From NCBI RefSeq assembly GCF_018977255.1, contig NW_024704742.1:38008001-38072000 (forward strand): a stretch of 64,000 nt of DNA, given 5' to 3'. The notes under the pieces were generated by a model. It was not told the origin of the DNA. It did not search any database and worked only from the letters and a program-made list of their open reading frames with translations. Positions 1 through 11,975 of the stretch are shown here, one piece after another. The DNA comes from Callorhinchus milii (Eukaryota). Position numbers and translations under genes: made by a program. The stretch's first letter is position 1, and each line of letters starts with the position of its first letter.

Positions 1-168
1 TCTTCCCCTCTGACTTGCCCCCTTTGTCTACTTTCAAGTCCTGCCTTAAAAATCTTCGTCTTTGACCCTACTTAAGGGATCCAACTGCTCGGATCCAACC
101 TGTCACTGTAAAGCGCTCTGAGATGTTATCCTATGTGAAGAGCGCAATATAAATGCAAGTTGTTGTTA
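1..168 (+). mobile_element. L2-clade LINE 3' end fragment
   Basis: Pyrimidine-rich 3' ORF remnant, then aaagcgctctgagatg...gtgaagagcgcaatataaatgcaagttgttgtt; same tail architecture as the L2 at 10.5-11.97 kb. Confidence 0.8.
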
Positions 169-252
169 TAAAATTGCCCATAAATGCATTTGCAGTTTAG
201 AATCAATCCAACAGTCAAAAAACAAGGCATTTGAGAGCAAGTTAATACTTAC

Positions 253-361
253 TCTGAAATGGCTTGTTTTGTGACTGATGACAAAGTCAGACGAGTTGGC
301 ACAGCTTGGATTAGTGGGTTGGTTGGTGCACCCTGGGATGTTTTATAACAAATATTTTGTC
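253..361 (-). CDS. Candidate coding exon of an unidentified minus-strand gene (GQNICYKTSQGAPTNPLIQAVPTRLTLSSVTKQAIS)
   Basis: Minus strand: acceptor cctttctccgcag and donor ga|gtaagt. Only one frame is open, and it matches the phase-1 end of the exon at 568-598. Confidence 0.5.
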
Positions 362-567
362 CTGCGGAGAAAGGTATTTTCATAGTTGAAGTTTATTTGA
401 TCACTTTGTAACTGCAGTTAATGTACAAAGGCCTGCTTGTGATTAAAATGCAAAGGAATTTATGTTCAGTTATAAAGCCAATACAGGAGTTAAATTGGCA
501 AACTCCTCATAAAACCAATACAAATTGTGGAAAATAAGTTATCACAATGTTTATTTTTGAAACATAC

Positions 568-598
568 CTGTTAATTTTCTACTCTTTCTGCCAGGCAT
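568..598 (-). CDS. Candidate first coding segment (MPGRKSRKLT) within exon 568-620
   Basis: Minus strand: acceptor tcttttcctcatcag before 620, donor cag|gtatgt after 568, ATG at 598-596 with an in-frame upstream TGA. Weak Kozak context. Confidence 0.45.
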
Positions 599-1044
599 AA
601 AAATAAGCTTATTTTTTCATCTGATGAGGAAAAGACTGTGATTGTGCTTCATTCACATTTTTCTAAAATTAACCATGTGGTTTAAATCAATTTAAAAGAT
701 TAACCAGTTCAATAAGTGGCTGGAACCTATTGTACAGGACTGGATTTTACGGAAAAAACAAGGCAATTATGTGACCCATTGATAAATAGCATGTACCTTT
801 AATGTCATGTCTTAGTTCCATGAAGCAGATTAAGTTAACGTTTAATAAAGGATTCTGTCTAGGATGTTTACTTATGGCAATTTAAAACTCAGTTGGGTTG
901 TAATAATCCTGTCAAAGGCAGACAGACCCAATTCGTGCAGCGTTTTGCAATCATTCCAGATTGGTAAAGGTGCGGATCTGTAGTGACAAAAGAAACAAGC
1001 AAAACCATGAATAGTGGCAGGTAGCTGTCTTTTCAGGTCAGCAA

Positions 1045-1126
1045 ATGTTTAGCCGAGTAAATAGAATCGGCGAAGAGAATGTTATAATCAGCAGGTCGGT
1101 AAAGCAGTATCCAGTTTCCAAGAGCT
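1045..1126 (+). CDS. Candidate plus-strand exon (MFSRVNRIGEENVIISRSVKQYPVSKS); may be 5' UTR
   Basis: ATG at 1045 is open to a gtaagt donor at 1127 (phase 1). Possible acceptor gtcttttcag ending at 1036. Confidence 0.3.
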
Positions 1127-1630
1127 GTAAGTAACAGCATTGAGCCAGACCATTCACTGTATGAGGTGTAAAAACACAGTATCCTGCTATACTGTTAAAA
1201 TTGTGAAAACAGTCTTTTAAAATAAAGGTGCAAATTCAGTGTGTAAGAGTATTTGGATGTCTGCATCATCCAGTATGATGTGAATGATACAAACTCCACT
1301 TAAAGAGGAAAAGAAAAGCTTAAATAGGATGTGCGAGGAAACAAGAGGGTTTTCATGGTGTAGCTTGACCTCTCAAGTTACTGCCACATAGATGTAAGTT
1401 GGCTGATAAAAAACATCCTTAGCAAGCACTGTAATATTAGGACACACCTCTCATCTAAATTGAGTGAATTGCAGAGGGAGTGACCGTCGTACACTTTCCC
1501 ACACTCAAGCAGATAAAACAGCTATTTCTAAGTGGATTCACTGCTAAATTTGTGAAATTGCTGTGCTGCATAGAGAGTGCTAAGCTCCCTCTCCTCTCCC
1601 ACATACCATGACCAAGTGTATTTTCTCCAG

Positions 1631-1874
1631 TTAAGACCTACCATGTGTTGGTGAGCGGTATAATCACTCTAGTGTACAGCAAGTGGAGCCAAGCAGGATG
1701 TGAATGTTTTAATGATGTACAAAGTGCGTCTCGGTTTTATTATTGGATCATTTACCATGTGGGAAAACCTCCAGGAAGCTCTCAGGCAGGGACTGGTAAC
1801 AAAGGAGGCCTGGACCAGGGAGTGAATGTGGTCAATATGAATAATAACCACAGCATTAACAGGAAAAGTAACAG
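1631..1874 (+). CDS. Candidate plus-strand exon ending ...MNNNHSINRKSN; coding status uncertain
   Basis: Acceptor ttttctccag (1621-1630) and consensus donor cag|gtgagt (1875). One frame is open throughout (ORF 1645-1878) and is in phase with 1045-1126. Confidence 0.45.
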
Positions 1875-2270
1875 GTGAGTTCCCTGAGCTTTGTCTTATT
1901 TCAAAAAAACGCTGCTCAAAATGATTTGTACTTGAAATCCGGGATGTTGATTGTCTTCAAGGCCCTTCTAACTGCTGTCTGTAATAGATTAATACAGGAT
2001 ATTACAATCTTATCACAATATCAATAACAATCACTCCTTTCCACGTTGTATAGCACCTTATCATGTCAAAAGCCCTTAAAGCACTAAAGTGAAATTGCAC
2101 CTATGTCAGTAATAGTGGAACCTTATCTATGCCAGCAATATCCCACAAACAGTATGGGATAGATGATCAAGTAATCTGTTTATATTTTTGTGTTGAATTT
2201 TGGTGACTGAGTAGTATTTCTCAGGATGCTGGGCCAATATGCTTCTTTGAAATCACTGGAGCAGTCAGAC

Positions 2271-2311
<41 letters not shown>

Positions 2312-2465
2312 TCCTTGCATTTGATATAGTGCTTTTCACTTCTAGACATCTCAAAGTGCTTCACAGAATAGACTGTAAAGTGAATTGACTGTATTTGTGG
2401 GCGAAATGCGGCAGCCAAATGCGCGCGGCAGCGTCCCACAAACAGTCGTGGATTGAAATGACCAA
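2271..2465 (-). mobile_element. SINE 3' half (Deu-like domain plus tail) with expanded (TAA)n
   Basis: Reverse complement of tgtttgtgggac...ttggctgccgc...tcaattcactttacag...aaatgcaaggat(tat)n. Confidence 0.9.
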
Positions 2466-2979
2466 TTTTTTTTTTAGGAATTATTATCAGGGTTTTTAAT
2501 AATTTTTAATACAAGATAATAATAATAAATAATAGATAAACAGTAATAAATAATAAAAATAATAAAATCTGGGCGTTTGAATTTTTTTTCATCACTTTGA
2601 CAAATGTGTGGGGGTGGGGGTGGGGGGAGGGGGGATACAAATGTTTCAATTGCTCAAATAAAATCCATACATTGAAAAGTTCTGCCTCATCAAAAAATAA
2701 ACTTATTCAGTGTCTGAATAAACGCCTGAAGGTGCTTACTGAGTATACGCTATGGTTCAATGCTATGTTTAAACTTCTGCTGGGAACTATTTGCCAAAAC
2801 TAATACAGTCAATAAATTAAATCTATCTATCTAGCAATGCAGCCTCCCTCAGCACCCCACTGAAATGTCGCACAAGATCCGAACCCAAATCATCGTTTGG
2901 GGCTCAAACTAATTGCAACTGACCCAGAGGCAAACGTATTGCAAACAAAGTCAAATAGACACAAATGTGTAAATATGGC

Positions 2980-3240
2980 ATTGTAGAAGAGGTACAAAGG
3001 GATGTTACATTTTTGAATAAGCCCTCCGAGATGCTGCTCCGCGTGAAGGGCGCTATATAAATGCAAGTTGTTATTGTCGTATTTTGAAAAATAAGCACTG
3101 AGTGTGCAAGCGTCTAACCAGGGCTCAACAACAACAACAACTTGCATTCACATGGCGCCCTTCACACAGAGTAGAGTCTTGAAGCACTGAACAGTGGCAG
3201 AGCTTGATGCTGAGCCTTGGAGAGGGGGGAGGTGACCGTA
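2980..3240. mobile_element. Two L2 3' tails facing each other (+ about 2980-3080, - about 3127-3240)
   Basis: gtgaagggcgctatataaatgcaagttgtt on +, then acaacaacaacttgcattcacatggcgcccttcac, its reverse complement. Confidence 0.75.
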
Positions 3241-3380
3241 TACATGCTGTGAGTAATGCAGGCCTGATTGATTGCTTCATGTTTCAGAAAACTAATGTAT
3301 TACTAATATCTATTATTGTGTATATTAACTTATCATGTACCACAATTTTACTGATTTTATGTAAATCTTTTAATTTAAGG

Positions 3381-3624
3381 CACCTTGGGCAAGTTTCCTT
3401 ACTCCACACGCCTAGTAATAATCCCTCCAACAAAACAATAATAAATTGGTCATTTTTAATCCATGACTGTTTGAGGGACATTGCTGAGCGCAATTGGCTG
3501 CTGCGTTCGCCCACAAATATACTGTCAATTCACTTTACAGTATATTCTGTGAAACGCTTTGGGACGTCTAGAAGACGTGAAAAGCGCTATATCAAATGCA
3601 AGGATTATTATTATTATTATTATA
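3381..3624 (+). mobile_element. SINE, short subfamily, 5'-truncated
   Basis: ccttgggcaagtttccttactccacacgcc, then Deu-like domain, tail and (TAT)n. Confidence 0.9.
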
Positions 3625-4114
3625 ATTGTTTAGTTTTGTAGTGTCTCACAAGGTAACTGTACGGTAAGTTGCACGTGATTTTTTTTTAGTGGGGTGTAGT
3701 TGTGTAACAAATTCACAAGAGTGAACTGAAAAAGGACCTTTGGTCCATTTGACCTCATTCTTCAAGACTACCAATCCTACCGTCTTCCTATCATGGGATC
3801 AAACTGCTTCTTATGAGTCCATTATTCCGGCCTCTGCTACAGTTCCTAATTGTTCATCACCCTCTGTGTTAAAAACAAATATTTCCTGCTATTGTCTTGA
3901 AGTTACAATGCTGAATCTGTGCTATTTATTCTCTTGCTGTGAAGTATCTGAAAGTATTTCTTTGAGTTAGGCATTTTCTATACCTCAATAAAATCCCCTC
4001 TGAAATGTATGTTTTCAGCGCCTTGGGATGTCCTCCTGATATGAGACGCACTATACAAATGTAAGTTGTTGTTTTTCATTAGATGAGAAATCCAAGGATT
4101 ATTATGAATGGTAG

Positions 4115-4392
4115 TGTCAGTCTGGCTCAGTTGGTAGCACTCTCATCTTTGAGGCAGAATATTGTGGGTTCATGCTGCACATCGGGACTTGAAACTCACA
4201 TAGTCTAAGCTGACATTCCAATGCAGTGGTAGAGTGGGCTACATTGTTGAAGGTGCCATCCTTTGGATGAGACCTTTTTTTCACCTACAAAATATACAGT
4301 CAATTCACTTTACAGTATATTCTGTGAAGCGCTTTGAGATGTCTCAAAGACATGATGAGGCCCTATAACAAATGCAAAGATTATTATTATTA
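4115..4392 (+). mobile_element. SacSINE1-like head/Deu 5' part joined to the common SINE tail
   Basis: ggctcagttggtagcactctc...tgtgggttca...ctgacattccaatgcagt...ggtgccatcctttggatgagac, then tcaattcactttacagtatattctgtgaagcgc. Confidence 0.7.
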
Positions 4393-6079
4393 TAAATTGA
4401 ACAAATTATAATGTTTTTTAACCCCTTTGTCAACCCCATTTTCTCCCCTCGTCTTCTAAAGTTACTGACATGTTGGGGTACCAGTCCATAGCTTTGTATG
4501 CATGACCATTCTTCATTTGTAAGCATGGACAGTGAGTATCAGTGATGCCCTTGGGATGGGTCATCACATTCTAGTCCACACTTGCCCAGATATGAGGCCC
4601 AAACCCATTTATGGTGTTAGCCTTAGGACCATAATCTTAACATTTAAAAACTAATTCAGTTTTCAATTAGAATCTAGTTTTCTGGTGTATTAAAATGAAC
4701 TGCAGAAAAATAAAATGGTCTTAAGGCAAAGGCTATGAAAAATTTAGCCTTGCTTTTTGCTCCTGACCACCATCCATAAGTCCTCTGCTGGAAGGTGCAC
4801 GTATCTGCGGGTTAGGTGAGGACAAGGATTGAACTTGACTTTGACATTCCTCATGGGCCAATACCATTCACGGTCACGGCTTGCGTTTAAAGAATTAGTG
4901 AGGCACCCGTGGGCAACCAGCAAACTTGAAACCATAGCCCAGCAAAGATAAAATGGAGTCGAGTGTTGGGAAGGGGAGAATATTGTCAAGAAAAGCAATT
5001 AAAAAATACCGCAAAAGAACCTGCTCTTCCTGATAAAGAACTGCTTATTCACATTTAATTCTATTTGCTTCTTGCTTCCCCTCTACCCCCCTCCCTCCCC
5101 CCCACCCTGATGAGGCAAAGTAATCGGTGCAAGCCCAAACAAAACAGCTTAACCAAGACATCATCAAAGTGAATGTAATTTTTTCCTAGTATTTGTTTGT
5201 GTATTCTGTGCTTGTGCTTCTGTCTTCACAATTTCTATATTGTATGCTGCCATATCTGAAAAGAACAAATCAAAGTAACAAAGGCAGTCATTCAGTGGAA
5301 TTGTTTCTGCCCCAACTATTGTCCTTAATCAGCATTTTCTCAAACAAAACAGTGACCACTTTTACAGCAACCTATGTAACGTGTTATGCAACTTGTACTG
5401 GAGTAAACTGAGCAGAAAAGGTATCTGTTAAAGCCAGTTTGTGTTAAATTGTTCACATTGTCGTTTATTAACTTGCTTGTTGAGAAATGACACATCGGCT
5501 GACTGCTTCACTGCTGAATGTTACAGAGCTCTGTGCAGTAATTGCAGTAAACGTACGACTCTGCTCAGTTCAATCTCAATGTTATATGTAACGTTTAGAA
5601 AGTGCAAGGCAGTTAATGTTCAGTTTTCTCATTTGCTGGAATCATTTGACTTTAAAATACCAGCACTTCCTGATTTGTAACTGTATCTGAACAATGTATG
5701 TCTATAAATCACTCCATCTGTATTCCATGCTTGGTTTGAGAATCTTGTAGCTTTCTGTGCCAATGAAGTTTTTACACTACTGAAACGAAGAGAGCTACAG
5801 TATTTTCTATTGTTTGTTTTTAGTATGAGGTAGACCTGCATTTATAAATACCAAGAAGGTCAAGTGGTAAAGAGTTCAAACATTTCACGGCATATTCATT
5901 AATGCACAGTTTGTGTCAATTTTCCACATTTAAAATCAGGGGTTGGGACATCCCACAGTCCCAGAGGTAGATTCTCACGAATCGATACGGTATAGTGGCT
6001 GCATCCAGGATTTTACAGCATCCAATTTTTAAAATAACTTTGAAACTTAATTGAAAGAAATTTTAAACTTTAAAAAAAT

Positions 6080-6508
6080 TTAATTTTAAAATGTTGTGCC
6101 ATTAAATGGCTCCACTGGCTCCCTACCATAGCACAGATCAGTTTCAAGATCCTCTCACTCCTCTACAAATCCCTTCCAGCCCTGACACCTCCCCTTTCTG
6201 ACCTGCTTTTTCCCCACTCCACAACCCGCTTCCTCCCCTCAACTCGCTCTGGCCTCCTGCTTGTCCCTCATCCCTCCGCTCCACCATCGACGGCCAACTT
6301 GCCCTGAAGCTTTGGAACTCTCTCCCCCAAATTCTCCGCCTTGCCCCCTCCCTCCCCTCTTTTAGATCACGACTGAAAACCTTCCTCTTCGACCGTGCTT
6401 ACAGTCATCTCCTACCTCCCCTGGCTTGGCATCAGGCTCTGCCACTGTTCAGCGCTCTGAGAAGCGTCACCACGTGAAGGCCGCTTAAAACATGCAAGTT
6501 GTTGTTAA
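6080..6508 (+). mobile_element. Degraded L2 3' fragment
   Basis: ctccactggctccct (LHWLP), ttcaagatcctc, tggaactctctcccc (WNSLP), and the L2 tail. Confidence 0.85.
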
Positions 6509-7324
6509 GTGCTATTGAAGGATAGCATGAAGGATAGCTATTGAAGGATAGCATGATATCATGAAGCATGATCCATTCATGTTTTAATGCCATCTTAAAA
6601 AAAAACTTCCAGCATCTTGTGCCAGTTAGTGGAGCTTTTTGCATGTGCTCAGTTCTCTTTCTGCACGAGTAGAGCTCCCCTCAGCTCCTGGCTAGAGCAC
6701 TTTTGGTGCAGGAAATATAAATGCTGTTTCTTGTTCCTAGTAACTCGGCTGTTGAAATTGCTTCCAATTTTAAAAGGACTTGAAAAGGATAGTTTTAAAA
6801 CCTTTTTTTTTCTTTTCTCTTGTTACCTCCTCAATGTGATCAGTGTTGTGTTGGAACCATTCATCTAACTCTTCCATGTAGCATTCAGCAGCAAAACATG
6901 CTGTGGCTCGAACACTCAAATGATCCTTTATGTGTCAGCAATCATGATACAGTATTTGTGTTGCACGTGTTCTTGTGAGATCTAATTGAGTGCAAAATTC
7001 CTGAATGTAATGTAACAGTTACATAAGACTGTCAGTGTCCTGCCAAACTGACACAAGGGAGCTGTCTATCCACACTAGAATAAGTGGATGTTACTTCACA
7101 GTCAGACGTAACTGGAATACAGCCCTTCAGTGGCACTGGGGGGAAATGTTCGCAGTAGCTCATTAACATGGTTCCCAGGAATACTAAATGTGATTTAAAT
7201 TGAAGCCAAGCTGCAGTTTTGTACCAGGTGGTTTCAGAGTGAATTGCCTTGTGACATTTGCTAACAGAACAGTAATGGGCATGAAAGGAAGAATAGTGTA
7301 TGTGAAAGACATTAATGTCAGTTG

Positions 7325-7950
7325 ATAGCATGCTCATCTCTGTCAGAACATTGTGGGATCAAACCTCATATTGTAACTTGAGCCCAGACGGTTGACTGAC
7401 CCTCCAGTACAATACTCAATGAATTATCAAGATGCCATCCTTTGGATACAACTTTAAACTCAAGTTCTGTCTGCCTGTTTCTCGGGTGGACTTTGAAGAT
7501 CAGATGACGTTATTCGAAAAGAGAATAAGAGTACTGGCCAGCAATCCTCCAGATAAAAGTTGATCATTCACCTCCTGGATGGCTGTTTGTGGGTTCTTGG
7601 TGGCGCTATTGCTTGTAAACACAGCCAATTGATCTCACTGGATGCTGTGCATAATAATGATAATAATCCTTGCATTTGGTATAGCACCTTATCATGTCGG
7701 AAGGATACCTCAAAGCAAATGACCAATCTTATTTGGGGAACTTGTTTCAGGACACCGGGAGAAACTCCGTTCTCTTATCAAATAGTGCCATGGGATCTTT
7801 AATATCCACCTGAACAGGCAGGTGGGACCTTAGTGTAATGTCTCTTCTGAAAAATGGCACCTCCAAAAATGTAACCCCCCACCCAGCACTGCATTGGAGT
7901 GTCAGCTTAGACTATGTGAGTTCAAGTGCTGACTTGGGGCTTGAACTCAC
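7325..7950. mobile_element. Two old SacSINE1-like Deu-SINE copies (+ about 7325-7620, - about 7730-7950)
   Basis: gtctgcctgtt...gtggac...gaagatc motif on +, and gtgccatgggatctttaatatccacctgaacaggcagg on -. Confidence 0.65.
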
Positions 7951-10469
7951 GTGGTTTATGCATGCTACGCAGGAAACACTAACGCCACTGGCTCTTCTTG
8001 AGCATAACCTGCATGGACACAATGTACAGGAATCATCGGCCTGGTGGCCTGGAAGTTGGTCTTGTTTTGCACTTCATTTTAACGGGTGGTGGGGGGAGGG
8101 TCAGAGTCTAGATATACCCAGATCATCTCCAGTTTAGTATGGTGAAATTGCCAGTGGACTGATGTGAAAGGGTCACTTCATATTTATTTTTTCAGTTTAA
8201 AAACTAAGCAGATTTAAATCCTTTGTTGGTGTGGTTCCTCTGACAGACTTGAGCTGGTGTCACTTCCATAAAATATGAATGAGCTTCCAGCCGTCTAGAT
8301 TCACCCTGTTGTTCAGGGAGTGTGTGGATTCACATTTTACATATTAAGAACAGGGCTATCTTGTCGAATTTCAATAACTTGAAAAATCTTTTTTTTTGTA
8401 TTGCATGAAATTCAAAACTCAAAGAAATTTTATCATTGTAGTATTTCTGTAAAAAAGAGGGATTACTAGGATGTAATTCAATGTGGATTCTTATGCCCTG
8501 TTTGCTTTTAGTGTCAAGTGTAGTGACTTGAGAATTATTTTTTCTATACAAATCTGCATGAGTAATTCAATAAACTGTTGTATGCTGGTATATCATATTG
8601 CATGAGGTGACCTTGAAGAAAGTAACATATTACTTTTATGTAAATTAAAACTTTGACAAAAAGTAATCTAATATCTTCCCCTATTTTTTAACAGAACCTA
8701 ATGAGAATTTCCTTACCCATATCAAGTGTGTACCATGCTGGTTTTATGTGAAACTTAATGTTGAAACAGTTTTTTTTATCATAAATGCAGATTTCTAGGC
8801 AAAATGCCTGGGTTTATGACATTATGCCCATGTAAAAGTATTATAAATGCACTCATTACAGAATGAAGAGCGTTAAAGTTTCATACTCTCACTATCGTAA
8901 ACAAGTTTCCACACTCTGAATTCCCTCCAATTCTGCACTTATTCAAAATCATATTCTTTGTGCACATTTGCTTTTAAATGAGCAATTTCATTTTGCTTGG
9001 GTATTTCAGATTTCCTCCCTGTTTCTGTGTTCTGGGTCACGATGCACTGTGTCATTTCAATGAGAGAGGATAAACAGACTGCCTGCTGCCAAGCCTCTCT
9101 GAGTTGCTTTGTGTTGCCCAGTGTGTGAATAGCTGACTCACCCTCTGGTTGTTCCACCATCTCTACCTCCTTGGAGCTTCCAGCTGAGCACATCTCTGAT
9201 ATTGAGCATTATCATGTGAATGCAAAAGCAAACAGCCATGTAAACCTGTACAGCACACCTTGCAAAAGAGCTTTAAAAAAAACTTGTACATATTGCAATT
9301 CTTTTTTTAAATACTGGATGATCTAAATATAAATATCTAAATACTCTTAGTTAAAGATTTTAAAAATTCTATGAGCTTGAAATTAATTCATTGTTGGGAA
9401 CCATTTCAGTTATTAAAATACCCTGTGTTCTTAATAATAAGACACGTTGCTCTCTAAACACGATATACAATTGTTTGTAATATCCAGTCAATTCATTTTA
9501 CAGTATATTCTGTCTCGAAGACGTGATAAAGCGCTATATCAAATGCAAGGATTATTTATTATTATAAACAAAGAATGGGTACAATGCAAATTGTGTAAAT
9601 GCATGTGTATTATTCGCCACGTGTAAATGCAAGTGTATTGAGGGAACTGCAGATGTCCTTAATTATTTAATCAACAGTGAATGAAAAAGATTCATTGATA
9701 ATTGCATAATAAATCTAAATCCCTTTTTCACGTGATTCACATACACATGGCGTACATAACTTGCACGATAAACCTGACTGACGTACTCCCAACCCTTGGT
9801 AAAATACCGAACAATAAATGTCATAGGTTTTTTCACTGTCATATAGTACTACGAATGTCTGAATCCAATATTTTAGGAATTTGGCTTGGGGTGGGTTCCC
9901 TCCACTTGCCTGCTTAGCAGGAAGGACGTTTGAGGCCACGACCCTGGACTGATTTTTAAAAAAAAACTCAATGTTTTGCAGTGAAGTTAGTAGGTAGGGT
10001 GGATATGCTAGAAGGATGAAATCAAATGGGCAGAAGAGCCTTCTGTTATTTCAAGGTTTCAAGGCCTTCAAGGCTTCACAGGATCACTTCTTGTGATCCT
10101 GTGAAGCCTTGAACATGCATGGCAGCAACTGAGCCATACATATGCTGAACTGCACACATGGGGTAGAAAGGAATACAGAGGTGTGGGAGAAGTTGATTAG
10201 GGATAGAGTAGTATTGCAGGATAAGTCCAATCGTACCTTTAACCACTGATATTTGCGTTTATTAGTCAGTGGGGGAAATAATTATTTTTAAAGACTATTT
10301 GTTGGGGAGGGGGGGGGAAACTTGCCAATTACTGGCAGACCTCTTGTTAAGGGTTGCTCCCTATCTTCCTGTTTCAGAGGCCGAGTCATTGGAACACCAG
10401 ACTCTTTTTAACGTGGAGTTACTTTGTTCATCAGACTTTTGTGGTTCAATCCCTTTGTAATAACAATAA

Positions 10470-11975
10470 TAGTCCTTGAAAGAGTTGTCGCCTCCCAGCT
10501 GCGCTCTTTCCTCTCCACCCATGCATTATTCGAACCCCTTCAGTCGGGTTTCCGTGCTGCCCATAGCACAGAAACTGCCCTGGTCAAGGTCACCAATGAC
10601 ATCTTGACCATCTGCGACCAGGGCTTCCTCTGCCTCCTCGTCCTCCTCGACCTATCGGCAGCATTCGATACGGTCGACCACGCTATCCTCTTCCACCGCT
10701 TATCCTCCCACCTCAACCTTCAAGGCACTGTCCTTGAGTGGTTTAGGTCGTACCTCTCCCACCGTCCTCATTTTGTTTCCACAAACGACTTTTCCTCCAC
10801 CCCCCGCACTGTCTCGTGCGGTGTCCCTCAGGGCTCTGTCCTCGGTCCCCTCCTCTTCACCATCTATATGCTCCCCCTTGGTGACATCATCTGCAGACAT
10901 CGGGTTAACTTCCACATGTATGCGGATGACACCCAACTCTACCTTTCCTCCTCTACCCTCAACTCCACGACCACCGATGTCCTGACAGCCTGCCTGTCCG
11001 ACATCGAGTCCTGGACGAGAGACAACTTTCTTCAGCTCAACGTACGTAAAACTGAGGCCCTCTTGATTGGCTCACATCAGCGCCTCCGCACCTCAGGCGC
11101 TGACAGCATCAGCATCCAAGGCTGCACTCTCCACCTCTCAAAGCCAGTCAGGAACCTCGGCGTTTTGTTCGACCCTGAGCTGTCCTTTCTTCCCCACATC
11201 CGCACCACAACTGGCACCGCCTTCCATCACCTCCGGAACATCGCCAGACTACGGCACTACCTCACCCCTCACGCTGCTGAAACTCTGGTCCACGCCTTTG
11301 TCACCTCAAGGCTGGACTATGGGAACTCTCTCCTCGCCGGCCTTCCCGGCACCTCCCTCCACAAGCTGCAGGTCATTCAGAACTCTGCAGCTCGTGTACT
11401 GTCCCGCACCAGGCTTCGGGACCACATCACTCCCACCCTCGCCTGCCTCCACTGGCTCCCCATCCCCCAGAGGCTCGAATTCAAGATCCTCATCCTCGCT
11501 ACAAGGCCATTCATGGCCTCGCTCCCTCCTACCTCTCCGACCTACTATCCCCCTATCTACCTGCCCGTACCCTCCGTTCCTCTGGCTCCGGTCTGCTCCA
11601 CATCCCCCGCCCCAACCGTCCTACCATCGGTGGCCGGGCCTTCAGCCTCTCAGCCCCTGGGCTCTGGAACTCTATCCCCCAGTGCCTTTGCCGCCTCCTC
11701 CCTTTCCTCCTTCAAGGCCGGTCTCAAGACCTTTCTCTTTGACCGTGCCTTCAGCTCCCCTCTCGACTCTCTACCCCCTCCTCGCCCCCTCCCTTCCCTC
11801 CCCTCACCCTAACCATTTCCCCCCCTCCTTGCTCCCTCCCTTCCCTCCCCTCACCCTGACCATTTCTCCCCTGCTCGGGTCCTGACCCAACTGTCCAGCG
11901 CTTTGGGACGTCCTCCCAACGTGAAAGGTGCTCTATAAATGGAATCTTCTTGTTGTTGTTGTTGTGTAGTCCTTG
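10470..11975 (+). mobile_element. Young 5'-truncated L2-clade LINE with 9-bp target-site duplication
   Basis: RT ORF, tail cagcgctttgggacgtcctcccaacgtgaaaggtgctctataaat, (TGT)n, and flanking direct repeat tagtccttg at 10470-10478 and 11967-11975. Confidence 0.95.
10472..11812 (+). pseudogene. L2 ORF2 reverse transcriptase remnant (no endonuclease part; frameshift near 11500)
   Basis: Motifs [39 protein letters not shown] (10919-10930), NLGV and SRLDY. After KILILA, L2-like sequence ([12 protein letters not shown]...WNSIP) continues in another frame. Confidence 0.93.

Noticed and set aside
6511..6556. Short direct repeats of tgaaggatagc as a CRISPR-like array
   Set aside because: Small local tandem duplication with no unique spacers, in a vertebrate context.
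10424..11812. 462-aa ORF as a host gene or a novel RT system
   Set aside because: It is a 5'-truncated, frameshifted L2 ORF2. The N-terminal MFIRLLWF... comes from flanking DNA.
11067..11885. 272-aa Pro/Ser-rich ORF
   Set aside because: Alternative frame of C-rich L2 sequence.
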